Shown: in pieces, positions 10,598 to 23,500 of the stretch
Numbering within the stretch: position 1 is the first letter of the stretch
Layout of the letters: every line of letters starts with the position of its first letter
NCBI GenBank assembly: GCA_002633005.1
Contig: NMRA01000184.1
Span: forward strand, 3,255-67,254
Direction: 5' to 3'
DNA from: Phoronis australis
Lineage: Eukaryota > Animalia > Phoronida
Length of the DNA stretch: 64,000 nt
Program-made: the position numbers and the translations under genes
Notes under the pieces: model-generated
The model's input: the letters and a program-made list of their open reading frames with translations, nothing else
Told to the model about the DNA's origin: nothing
The model's database searches: none

Positions 10598-13500
10598 ACT
10601 ATAAACCCGTGAATGCCCGTCTAAACACTTCGATTAGTTGCAGTTGAAAGTCGATCAATTGAAGTGTGTCGACAGAACTTCTAACCGAAGACTGTACATT
10701 CATGTTTCATTTATTATAAGGAAACATGGATGTATAGTCTGTTTGGCGAGTTGACAGCCGTGTGCCAGTGTTTCAGTTGTACTCCGCGTGAAGCTACATT
10801 AATGCAAATGTATGTATGTCTGACATTTAGCCTTCTAGAATATACCAGTTGTAAATCACTATCGATAATAGACACAGTGCATGTATCCCAGACTTAGTCG
10901 TGTGAGCATACAACAAGCTGCACAGACAAACTTGCTTGCGCGCGCTCGCACACACACACACTCACGCACACACCCGCATATCTTTACATACGTGTAATCA
11001 AAATTTAGTTTGCTATCGATCGAAACAATCTTGACCACTAGGGAACCATTTACCTTTGGTCTGGTTTTGTTCGAATCAGGGCGCTGTCGCTGAAAACATA
11101 TGATTCTGATAAGGAACTCAGATATGAAGCTAGGAATCCTTTCCACTTAGGTAAGTGTCAAAACATTTGGTAATTTAGCCATCGGTCTGGACTTAAAAAT
11201 TGCATTGTCGTGATAGCATAGGTTTGAAAATCTAAGTTGAATAAAAAAATAACCTGTGTTTGAACTGAAGTAGTCACATTTTTTAAGGCTGGGACACCCT
11301 TATATGATTTGCTGATGCATGGTTACTCGTAAATGCCCTGGGATCAGAGCCTAATATCCCAAATCAAACTCGAAACTTTACCTATCAATCCACATCGGTA
11401 TACTGATTCGTAAGTTCAATCGAACCGCGTTTTGAGCCCAGAAAAAACATACTGGCGTATTTTTGATTACTAAGGATGTTTAAAGTAAGTTCCGTTCTTA
11501 CTAGATCAATATAGATCCTGGCGTAAACAAATTGTCTCCTGTCCTCAGAGTTTCGGTGTTTTCTTTTTTGGAATGCTGTGGCGTGCTTCTGGAAGCATAA
11601 AATTTTAAAGATAACCTGTCCACATCTTCACGTCTTGAAGTTCCATAAAACAAAGCAAAGCAGAATTTCTAATTAAACGAATAGCAGTTACCGAAGATAA
11701 AGACTGAAATAAAGTGTACAGATTATTACAAGATGAATGTCGATACAAAATTGTAAAAATAATAGAAAGAGCGTCGTAACTGTTGACAAAGGGCAAATGT
11801 TAGAAACGTTGGGGTTTCATTGAAATTTTATATCGACGTTCGTCCTGTTATGTTTTGAATTCTTTTATTCAGTTTTTCAAGTGTTTCCTAGTAGTGTTCT
11901 TTAATACAAGATGGTGAAGGTTAGTTTTGGACATCCAAGTAATGCACCGACGAATTTTAGTGATAAAGAACTTCACCTATCGCTTAAGTTGTATAGTAAA
12001 AAACCGCCTTTGTGGAAAGGTTTATCTTTTACACGGTGTATTTATTTCAGTAACAAATAACGACTAAGAAGCTTCACTGCTTTCGAAACTGATGGGTAGA
12101 AACGATGAAAACGTGTACGTTAAATTGTATTCGAAGGAGATGTTTTTACACGTGTGTGAATATGCTCGTGATAAAGAACGAGACGCCACCCATTCGTTTT
12201 GAGAATGTACTGAACCTTGTTACACCCCATTTTGGTTAAAACAGGTATCAAATACTACTAGATCACATAAGTCTGGGTGACAATTCAATGTTACGTAGCC
12301 CTTTTAAACACGCTTAACTTTCAGTGGCTGTGCTTGAAAACTTCGAAATCGTCCAGCGTGATTAACGCTCTAAAAGAGTTCATGGACCACTGGCTGAAAA
12401 CATTTCCAACCAGGGGTTACAGTTTGTCGCACAAAGAACGAATGCGTCGGTTCTGGATGAAGTCACTAAAACACTGTTGGTTTTCCTTATGATTTCGATA
12501 TTTCAATTTTGACAGTAGTTGCCAAAAACAGACAGTTATGAGTCTTCTTTAACCAAACGCTTCAGCACTGACAGAAATTTCGAAGAGAGTGTTTCTCACA
12601 AAAAAAAGGAGATTCATTTAATCAAGGTTTCCTTAGTAACCATGTAATTGTGATTTGTCACCATACTGATAGCTCCGAGTTTCGATTTTTAGGTTACAGT
12701 AGCATCAAATCTGTCATAACTCACAGCTACTTTTGAAATCTGAATTGAAATACTTCAATAGTCAATAATGATTAGCCACGATGCCAATCAAAATGGTCTT
12801 GCTGCAGGGTTATGAGTCAAGGGGCAATATGGTTAAATCAATGCTTCAAAGGGATGCATACATTATGGACATCTTAGGATAAGACCATATGTGTTTGGGA
12901 GTGTGAGTTCCGAACAACGACATTTTCCCCTGCTTGGTGTAGTTCTTTCTTATAGAAACTGATTACCACACTATATCCGTGATGTTATCCATGTGCCGGA
13001 CCAGACAACAGAGTAACGATTGCGTAATCATCTATGACGTTTCTTTCCCAAATACGCATTCGACAGACAAATGAAAACGGTGTTACCAACCTTTCATACA
13101 TACGCACGCGCTCACACTCACGTGCAAGAATTTGTTTACAAGATTGAAAAACCATTAATAATACGAGTTTTGTTGTTGGGAAAAATTAATTCTAGAGATA
13201 ACTATAAAGTAACCCGGGAACCAGTATCATTTTTGTAGAATGGTGCAAACGATGGTTTCTTTCCTAATGCTATTTTAACTTCATTTACAAGGTTAGCTTC
13301 CAACACACTTGAGAGTAAACGCTGAATTTTCAATATTTTTTGAAAAATGAATAGGGTTTATTTCACGCAACACCCTTAATTTATGAAGTAAATTTACATT
13401 TATTTTAGGAAAAAATTTGTCAAGGGCCGTTGACAGGATATTTTTGGGGGTGCAATTTGTGAAATTTAGATCGTCTAAATGCACCTGAAAATATGCTCTT

Positions 13501-16155
13501 AATCGTACATACATCTAAGAGTCCGACAAAATTTGTCATGATGCACAATTTTATAGAGGAATAATCAAATTCAATAACACATTTTTTAGGAAATGCAAGT
13601 CTATTTCTCCAGGGGCTTCTCTTTTGAAAAAAGATGATGGAGTCAGCTGTCGCTCTCTGTTTTCAGGTTTTTTGTAATTGTTTAATATACATATATATGG
13701 GAACATGGCAGTTGGAGGAGGTTCGTTGATGGCATCATGACCGCTATTTTCCTGTTTTACATTAATTTCCCTTTTTATTAAGGGTCCGCTGACGGAGGGG
13801 GCTTCTATGGTGGAATCAACTGCTCTCTTACCATGTATTTGTGAAGAATTAAACAACCTTTTATGTTAAAGAATACCACCTCTTGGAAGATGATGAAATT
13901 AACTCTCACTCTTGTTCATTTTTGATGATATAGCCTTATATATTAAAACACCCCCATTCAGGCGGAATCCTGTCTTGGAGCAGCTGCCTGGGCAATTTCC
14001 CTTTGTGGGATGCCCATCTCCCATGCCGCTGTCCCTGTCGCCTGTAAAATAACTACAGTGAATTGCGATTTTTAAAAAAGCCCTGTCTTTCGTTCTTATA
14101 TGTCGTTGCCATATGACTACACAATGCTAAAGCTGTTATCTTCCGGTAACCAGCAAGGATTCATTTGTTTCTGATTTACGATAGTTAGAGGCTAGTCTTA
14201 TAAGACGTTTTGATGATGCGCCAGTGAACTTATATACAGGCTGAAATTCGGGAAAATCGTCCGACTCAAAAACAACACAGTGTGCACTGGTCCGAAATGT
14301 TTAGTTGAATTTTTACACACTGGAGGTTGATGAAATTTGGCCAGTTCCATATCAGTTAATGCTCCCGAGGGGGCAGTCACCAGAAACCCACTAGGTACCC
14401 GAGTTTCAACAAGGGATTTGAAACAGCCTCTGAGGCACCGCCATTAGGCACCACGGAACCACATCCTTTCAAAGTGTACCTTAAAAGCATGGCCCTAATA
14501 AAGTGAACTTTTTCCAAACCGGACTCTAATAAAGTGACTCTTGACCTCTGAGGTCTCATTTCCGCTCTCCGAAACTGAATAAATGAAGCTATTTCTCCCC
14601 ATCTAACTGCGGATTTCACAACCAAACGCCAAGGATTCTTATGTTACATTCCTTGAAGAGAGAATGTGGTAGTACATCTTTTGGCACCTTCAATAAAATG
14701 AAATTTATGAATAGGCACCCTAAAAGTCATAATCATAGGCTAAACGTGTGTGCGTTTGCGTGTGCGTGTGTGAGCGAAATTGGTGACCACTTGACTAGCA
14801 GGATCTTTTGGAAGCGGTGGCAATCGGAAGAATTTTAAATTTGGGACCTCTGAGGGGAGGGCAAAAGTTAACTAATTAATTTGCGCATGAGCGTCGATTT
14901 CTACATATAGTGTTTAGCAGTTCTTGGTCTGTCAAATTAGTTTTGAGTGAGCGGCAACTCGTGCTCATTGACCAGACGGTCTCGTAACCTGCCGTCTGCC
15001 TATCCTTAGAAAACTACAGCGATCACCTGTTTTGTTTGTGTTGCATGGCGAGACATCGGGATCACGCAAGTCGTGGCGAGACATCCACGACTTGCGAGAT
15101 CCAGCTTTTCGCTTAAGAATTTTGGTCTTTAAAGCGCGTGTAACGTAAGACTAATGTAAATAATAATCTTTGTCAGCCGGTGAACGATATACCTGACTCG
15201 GTCTAATATTGTTTGTTCTAGGCAATGTTCGGGACTCTTTTGTTGTCTTGCAGAATACCGTACGTTTAACACGTGATTATTTTGCGGTCATCTCAACCTT
15301 TCAACCTATAGTCTAACATTGAAGTAACACCGGTTCTACAGGTGTCATGTGGAACTAAGTACTGGTGTTGCGCGGAGGCGAAGCAGTGAGTAGTCAGTTT
15401 GACTTTTAGTGTACAAATCGTGCCGTCGAAGAGCTGGGTTAATTGTAAGTCTCTTGAAGATAATGTGAAATTGTACAATTCAAACTCACGTATATGAGAT
15501 GAGCTGAACCAATGTTTAACTGCCATCTATCACTGTCACTCATGTGGCGATCATTCAGAGGCATATTCCCAAATTTCTATTACGGGGTAAGCTATCTTAG
15601 ACAAACATACGCGCGGTCACGCTCAACGGTTTATTTATAAATTGGAGATAAGTCAGTGAGTTGATTTTATATACTTGAGCCAATAAGCCATGGAGACCCA
15701 AAGGACTAAATCTGTCGTTCAATCTGGCTTCGGAAACGGAGCCGATGTTAAAGGTAAGGCGAATTGTTTGAACGCAACGTTATTTGGTGTTGACAAGATT
15801 GGACCATTTTTGGTTATCGGGCTGTCTACCGTGACGCATCCACACGATCAAAGGGCTGTTGTGCTGTACTGTGATAGTCATGAATCACTGGCGGGATCTA
15901 GCTAGGATACCGCAACGTGGGCTGACACATTATCCGAACGTACGTAAGCTACAACCCTAAAACCGAGCCGTTTATTTCCCCGTCCACCCCATAACTTAAT
16001 TTAAAGCTGCAGTGCAGACCAGTCTATCAACTATATGCTTGCTATACTTATTAATCAATATCTCGGCACACCTGTCAGCTGCAGCATGTTGCCTGAGCAA
16101 TGACTATTGGCTACTACATGGCGTTACAGCCTTATGCCGGTAAATTAGCGTAGGC

Positions 16156-16466
16156 CATGGGCACGAATTTCGAATCATACGAATGATCTTCTCGAACCAT
16201 TGAATCGTGTCCATGCACGAACCAAAACATTCGTAAACAAACAAAAAACATGCATACAAATTGCAAAATCAATCGTTCGAACAAAAACACGGACAGATGA
16301 TAATCGAACCATTGGGGAGAACAACAAGATAGAATGTAGTTCTCATTTTGTGTTTCGTACGAATTTTTGGTTAGTCGTAAGTTTACGCATGATTCAGTGG
16401 TTCGCGCGGAGGATTCCGTTGTTCTTACGTATTATTTGAAGTTCTTGCGTATGATTGACACCCATG
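16156..16466. mobile_element. Small MITE-like element
   Basis: CATGGG...CCCATG ends with imperfect inverted internal motifs (AATCATACG / CGTATGATT; CGAACCATTGAATC / GATTCAGTGGTTCG). Confidence 0.55.
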
Positions 16467-17580
16467 ATAAATGCTGAAATAAGTTTGATTTACCTGTAAG
16501 ATCCTAAGATTTTATAAAATACCTGTAGCTGTCTAAAAAACATGATTCTTGCCGTGATATGATTCTATTTCCGTTACCAACAAGAGCATCGAAACTATCA
16601 GCGACTTATTTTCGGGTTAGACAACCCAAACATTTTCGAATAACGCACTCACTTGTGGCCTTGAGTTCGGTAACGGGAATAAAATCCTATCACGGTAAGG
16701 ATTTTATGAGAGTTATAGACCTAATTCGATTTTTGTTTTCAGCCAGTTGGGAGGAATGCAGCTTCAAATGTTTCCTGGGTTAAAAATTTAAGAGATTTTT
16801 AAAAGAACCATTAACAAATGTGAAAATTAACTAAACGGAATAAAATCTAAAAAGGTGGACCCTATTATGAAATTGCAATATAAAAACCAACGTATCGAGC
16901 TTCATTCTTTGTAAAGTGGTTTTACAGACCGCTCGAAACGTTCAGTTTTTATTAGAGTGTTATGTCAACTTAAAATCGTTGTTGGTTTATATAGTTTTAC
17001 TGGATATTCAAAAATAATTGCGTGAACAAGGTGCCATTTTTGGTCGTGGAAAAAGGAAATGGAAATGTAAGTCCGAACAAGACTCGCACTGGAAATAAAT
17101 TAGTGCGCTGTGCATTTGTTGGTTTGAGGCATTTATTTTGTTGAGCCCCTATCATCAAGCTTACATGTACATTAATATTTACATTTTCGAACACATGCAG
17201 GCAATCAATTATTTAAAAAGCTGTATATTCGTATTCCGTGATAACGAAATATGGATTTAAACTAATCACCATAAATAGTCTCAATTTAATCCGTTGTTAA
17301 AACAGATGTAAAGGACCGTCAGCTTGTCACTGCTTGAGGTTAGGCTCTTCAAGTTGACTTGTCACGGCGTTGCTCTATTCAACAAGCATGGTCTCGTGCA
17401 ATAACGAACTCTCCGTTCTTTGCAAGACCATACATTGCCTCTCACCTAAATAAGGACCAAAATGAAACCAATTTTGTAACGATACATGGTCTAAACCAGA
17501 GGTAAGTCACTACGACGGAACGCGGATTTGCTGCTGCTTTAGCCATTCGTCTTTCTTCCATTTCAGACATTCCCGTAAAT

Positions 17581-20500
17581 ATGGATGAACATGAAACGAA
17601 AGACTTGATGAGTGATAAGAGGATCGTTCCTAAAGTTTACAAAAAGCGATGGCTCATTCTGTTCTTATTCGCTACGTATTCGATGACAAACGCTTACCAA
17701 TGGATACATCTAAACATAATTGGTAATGTGATTTTCCGTTATTATAACGAAAGTTTGCCCGGTGACAACAGCTATCAGAAGCAAGTGGCTATCGACTGGT
17801 TGTCGATGGTGTACATGTTGGCCTATGTGCCTCTCATCTTCCCAGCCACGTGGTTGCTTGACAGGAAGGGTCTAAGAATCATTGGTATCCTCGGTTCTCT
17901 GCTCAATTGTCTTGGGGCGTGGTTAAAATGCGCCTCCGTTGCACAAGATCGTTTTTGGCTATTAATGCTGTCGCAGACCATTTGCGCCATTGCACAGATT
18001 TTCATCCTGGGGATGCCAGCGAGGTTAGCTGCCGTCTGGTTCGGACTTAATGAGGTCTCCACCGCGACGGCGATCGGCGTTTTTGGCAATTCTGTGAGTA
18101 TTTCATAATCGATGTCAATATTTTTAGGATGTGTCCATTCCTATTGCATATGAATACATCTAGGCCTACGCAATTGTTTTTAAGCACATGATGGCGTTCT
18201 TGCCCTTTTTTAAAATAGAAATTACTCGTCTTCTCACAGGTTGGAAATGGACTTGGATTCCTCATCCCACCTGAAGTCGTGCCTAACTCAGAAGACATCG
18301 ATGACGTGGGTTACAATTTAAGTATCTTATTCTACGGGGGCGCGGGCATCACGACAGCGCTTTTCATTCTCGTCTTAATCGGTAAACTGCTGCATTTTAA
18401 AACTTCATTAAAATTCATCAGGTTTGCTATCGATAGTATCATTTTTTCAGACAGTCGCCGTTTCTCCCCACAGCAATAGCATTTCATGTCGTTATGATAA
18501 GGGTTGGTCCTCGTTTCGTATTAAGGTCGAGCATACATAGGTTTAGCCTAGAGTTTGTGTTACATGTATCTGAATGCAGCAGCTTTTCGTCTCGCGGTTG
18601 GGAACAAAATTCGACTCTCACTCACATGTTGTATAATATTTCGAGGATTCCTTTATTATTTTTATTTTTCGTGTTATTTTTATTCGCAAATTGATTTGCT
18701 TTGAAAGTTAAAGCAGAAGTTGTTAATTAGTTTTCAGAAAACAACCCCCTGTCCCGCCAAGTGCGTCAATGGCTGCAGTTGTCGAGGCAGCGGCTGAAGA
18801 AAACTATCTGGAGTCGCTGAAACGATTAGCGAGAAACCGTGGCTTTCTTATTTTGACACTCACTTATGGTAAGTGAAACAAAGCACGTGAAGATAAGCGT
18901 AATGCTTTGCAATTCAGCAACGTCTACTCTTGTAAACGTCCACGTAACTAGAGACCATCATGCGAGCCCGCATAAAAGATATAAAATCGGCGATGCCCGT
19001 AGCCTCATTTGAGCTACCACGACACAAGAACTTCGTAATACAATGACCACTGCTTCGTGAAACTGCGCGTGCTTTCGGAGGCTGCAAATTTGTACGAATA
19101 TGAAACAATTTGGAGGCTGTTAAATACGCCTATTGTACCGACATTCACAGTGCAGTCATGGAAAATTATCTGTCAGTGGTAACTTGCCTTATTTCAGAAC
19201 ATGAATAATTTCTTTTGGTAGTTAAAAATACATACAAAACTTGCCATTGAAATTCACGAAATCATGTCCCAGCTCCTAACATATGCTCAACCCATGTTTG
19301 GGTGCAGATTGCCATATTCTCTTTCTGGACGTCCAGCGTCCGCTGTTGTATCCCCTTGCAGGATTTTAGCAGATGTGTTCCAATGAAACTGGCGACAGAA
19401 GACCACGCATTTTGGACCGATCAGACTACCGTTGTGCCCTCTAGTGGCAATTTTAGTTTTTTACGTTTCCTCTGTAGCTTCGAAATAGCTTGATGGATTT
19501 TCGTAAAATTTGGCAAATAGGTTTTTATTAGTGGGACAACTATGCATTTCCATTTTTGGACAGGTTCTACGTATTTTCCATCACGTATTGACCTTTTTGA
19601 TTTTCTTTCCTCCTCTTTATTTATTGAACCATTAAAGGGATTATCATGAATATTAGTAGACGTATTCCTTCAGAGAACCGTGGCTGACGTTGATTTTCAG
19701 AGGGATTTGACTGCTTTGGCGCCCCCTAATGGCAATTTTATTTTTTACGTCCGTTGCGTTTAGAATAGCTGGGTAAGGGTGAAATGAAATTTTAGAAGTA
19801 CGCCTTTTCTGAACTTGAACTTCAAATGAATGGAAATATGTTTTGTACTTAAGTTACTGTTTTCCTGCGGTTTGTGAACGCTACCCCCGCCCACTCCCTC
19901 TCCCCATGTAGCCAAACTTCTTCGGAAGACCCACTCCGTTCTGCTGCCTTATCACCAGCTCGTATCACGCGGGTCAGTAACAGATTCTTCAAATCCAGTC
20001 TTCTGTCCTTTACAAGGAATCAGCATGGCTTAGTGTATATGAAGTCAGTTTTGTTTTTTATTTACAGGCATCAACACAGGGGCCTTTTATTCTGTTAGTA
20101 CGCTTCTTAATCCCATGGTTCTGGACCATTTTCCAGTAAGTAAATATCGCAACTGTCCTCAAGTAAACTTGCATTTCCTTTTGCTTATTTGTTAGAAAAA
20201 CCTGAATCAAAACTTGATCACATATCTCAAAAACAATTTTTTTGGCGGGGATTTTTCCGTTACATCAAAGAAGCTTGTAAGTCAAAAAGGATTCAAAAAA
20301 TCTACAGCCAGCTGTAACAAAAATTTGATTCAATCGCTAGCTTTATCTTAATTTCAAGTCAATGTCCAAATAGATGCCAACACAACAATGATTTTTAAGT
20401 CTTGATCAGTTTTACCAATAGACATGATTAGCATATCGTCGCGTTTAAAATTCGAAGTTGCAATCGTTACATAAATCAAATTATCGGCGCAGAATCTTGC

Positions 20501-23500
20501 CGTTGAAGCAATCAATCAACTTTAGTCATTCAGTATGAGTATATATGCTTGTATGTCAAAACATGAACCTGGTCAAACAATGGCTTTCCAAGATGCCAAT
20601 GCATGGGGTTATAAACATTTTCGTTGAAATACTAAAGTGATTGCTCAGTTGTGGAAAACGTGAATGTTACAACACTTGATAACAGGAAATGTGTTGGAAA
20701 GATTTTGCTGAGTACATTGTATCAAACCTTCAGGGTGAAGAGTTGAATGCAGGACGCATTGGTTTGACATTAGTCTTAGCAGGACTGGTCGGCTCAGTTA
20801 TAGGTGGAATTTGGTTGGACAAGACAAAATTGTTCAAGTAAGTTTAGTTGTAATGCAGAAACTAGAAGATTGTGTGTGCTTCCAAGCAAAGGAAGAAAGA
20901 TGCATAGGGGATCAAGCACCGTGTGAGATACACTGGTTATAAAGAACATTTGCTGTTTCATTAACCTTTGTAATGCCTCCGTAGAATAAGTACTATATTT
21001 GCATGTGTCACGCTAGGCAGTAAACGGTGGTCAAAGGAAGTAACAAGCGAATGTTCACACGTGTATTTTTAAACAGTATTGCAGGTCGACTGACCACAAC
21101 TTACAAGACACCTGGCAGTGAAAACCAGCAATACAGCTAGGGGCACTCATTGGGGAAAAATAAAACAAAAAGAATGATATATATTTCAAGTTGTATTGGG
21201 AATTTCAGAGTCACAGCACTACAAATAAATATTTCACAGAAGGAACCAGGTGGATTCCTTAATTCCATGAGATAACACACACATTCCCGATATCCAAAGT
21301 GTAATTGAGTATTGAGTGGCACAGGTTAGCATTGTACCAAATGGGTACATAAAACCAAATGGGTATTGGCCGATTGGCTACCAACTCGGTCGAGCAAAAC
21401 GGCAAATTCAATGACAAGTACCAATTGGGTACAAACTGCCAAATGGGCAAATATCTTATAAAGTACCAAGTGGGTACACCAAACAGCCAACTGGGCTATA
21501 ACAACCTGCAAAGCAGGTTCCGGACACGCTGAGTGAGCAGACCAGCCGGAGTGATATAAAGAGATATTGTAAGACCGTCATTCATGTGATAACATGCTTG
21601 TTTTTTTTAGAGGAGTAACGCCCTCCTCAACAACAGGCCTGTAGTAATTAAATTCACGTATCAATTATTTATTAGTTTTAATTTACATTATACCCACGTT
21701 GTTCTTTTAAGATGTATGTGAGCCATGACAAAATCTGGTGATGTTAACGCATTCAATTTACCTGTTGTTTTCAGGGGTACTACGGTTGGTATTTACTGTC
21801 TATCCCTAGGCTCTTTGATAGCCTATACATTCGTCGTCGACTACGTGCCTCACATAGCAATAGTGTTTGTCTGTGGAGGACTTCTAGGGTAAGATTCATC
21901 AGGACCACTTCTATCGACGTATTAGATTCAATACCGAGAGTCAAAAAATCGTGGGTGTTTCACGACTCGAATACAGGTAATCTCTGAACAGTCTAACATA
22001 ATAAATGCCATGTCTAACACGGAATACGTAGCAGGAGTGTTTGCCTGTGGAGGACTTACAGTAACAAGGTATGATTTACAAGTCAACTATCTGATCATTT
22101 CTATCAAAATATTTCTCTAGAAAGAAGATGAAAGCGAAATGTAATCTCTTTTGATTCAATGCGCAGTTAGCAACGCATTTTGACGATGAAATGCTTCGAA
22201 ACATGACGATCTACATGTAATCTGCTGTGTAAGCAGAGGGCAATAAATAGCTTCTAGTACTAGACTGGATCCATCATTTCAGATTATTTATGACGGGCTA
22301 CCTTCCTGTTGGATTCGAGTTTGCAGCCGAGCTCACTTATCCAGAGTCAGAGGGGACATCGTCTGGCTTACTAAATGCTTCAGCACAGGTCAGTGAAGTT
22401 AACAGGACAAAGTTTTATTTAATACCTGCTTTCCACAAAAGTTACTGGACCAACCGATATCTGATAAAGAAACATTCCGACCCACATGCACATCATCTCA
22501 AAGCACTGTTAACAGGCTTGAAATTTTCCTCGCAAACGCGGATTTCCGCTTTTTTCTGTTATTCCTTCCGCGGATTTTGTTATATTTCCACGGAAAATCG
22601 GATTTGTCGTAAAATTTCCGCGGCGGGACATACATCTGCAGCGTTGCCGACTACTCTTAAAGCGGAAACTGCTCTTTATGTTTCTGAGGAACGAAAATTG
22701 TAATTGCCGGAGCACTTGGGATAGCGTGGTTCATCAATGGCGTCTGCATGTCATTGGTATTAAATCGTGGTGACAAATAGTGCGACTGTGCGGCAAAAAA
22801 TGTCTGGAGCTTGGAGTAGACAAAATATTTCGTGGAAAAGTGGATAAAAGAAACGGTCAATGTGTTCGCAAACAACACAAGTCTGGGTTTGCGCTCTGTA
22901 AACGTTGACAGAGGGACAATTACGCCGTGCCTTTTGCGTGGCCGAATCGCGAGGATCACTTGAAAACGATGAAACACAAGAAAGAAAAACACTTTCTGAA
23001 AGGAAATTCAACCGTTACCGGTAATTCGTTGGATTGGAATCGTGGGATGTGAGTGATGTATGAAATTCTTTTGTTTTATCCCACGTGCAAGCCCGTGCCG
23101 GCAGTTGCCAAGTTGGCTGCTAGGCGTGAGTCCAATTTTCTACTTGCCGCTGAAACGGGATAATGAGTGCTATTTTCGTTACTACAAGTGTGTTATAAAT
23201 TGCCGTTGATGTATTCCAATATATATTGACATTTTTCATGTTTTATTTTTGTTAAAAAGTCATATTTTGTCCTACATGAGTTTTGCAGTTCAATGGAGAA
23301 GTGGTCACGTGGCAGGTTCTGAATGATCTGATTGGTCTAAGCCATTGTTTATAAATTCTGCTGGCCTATTTTGAGTGTCCTAGTAGTTATTTCTTATGTC
23401 ACGTAGTTTGTTCTACACCAGCGTGGCTTATGAACAATTATCTCCTCTAAGTACTGTTTTCAACTGAAAAGTTTGGCCTACTTAGGATTGTGATTGATGT

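Noticed and set aside
13100-14760. Cluster of short minus-strand ORFs suggesting a decayed gene or transposon
   Set aside because: No recognisable motif or consistent frame.
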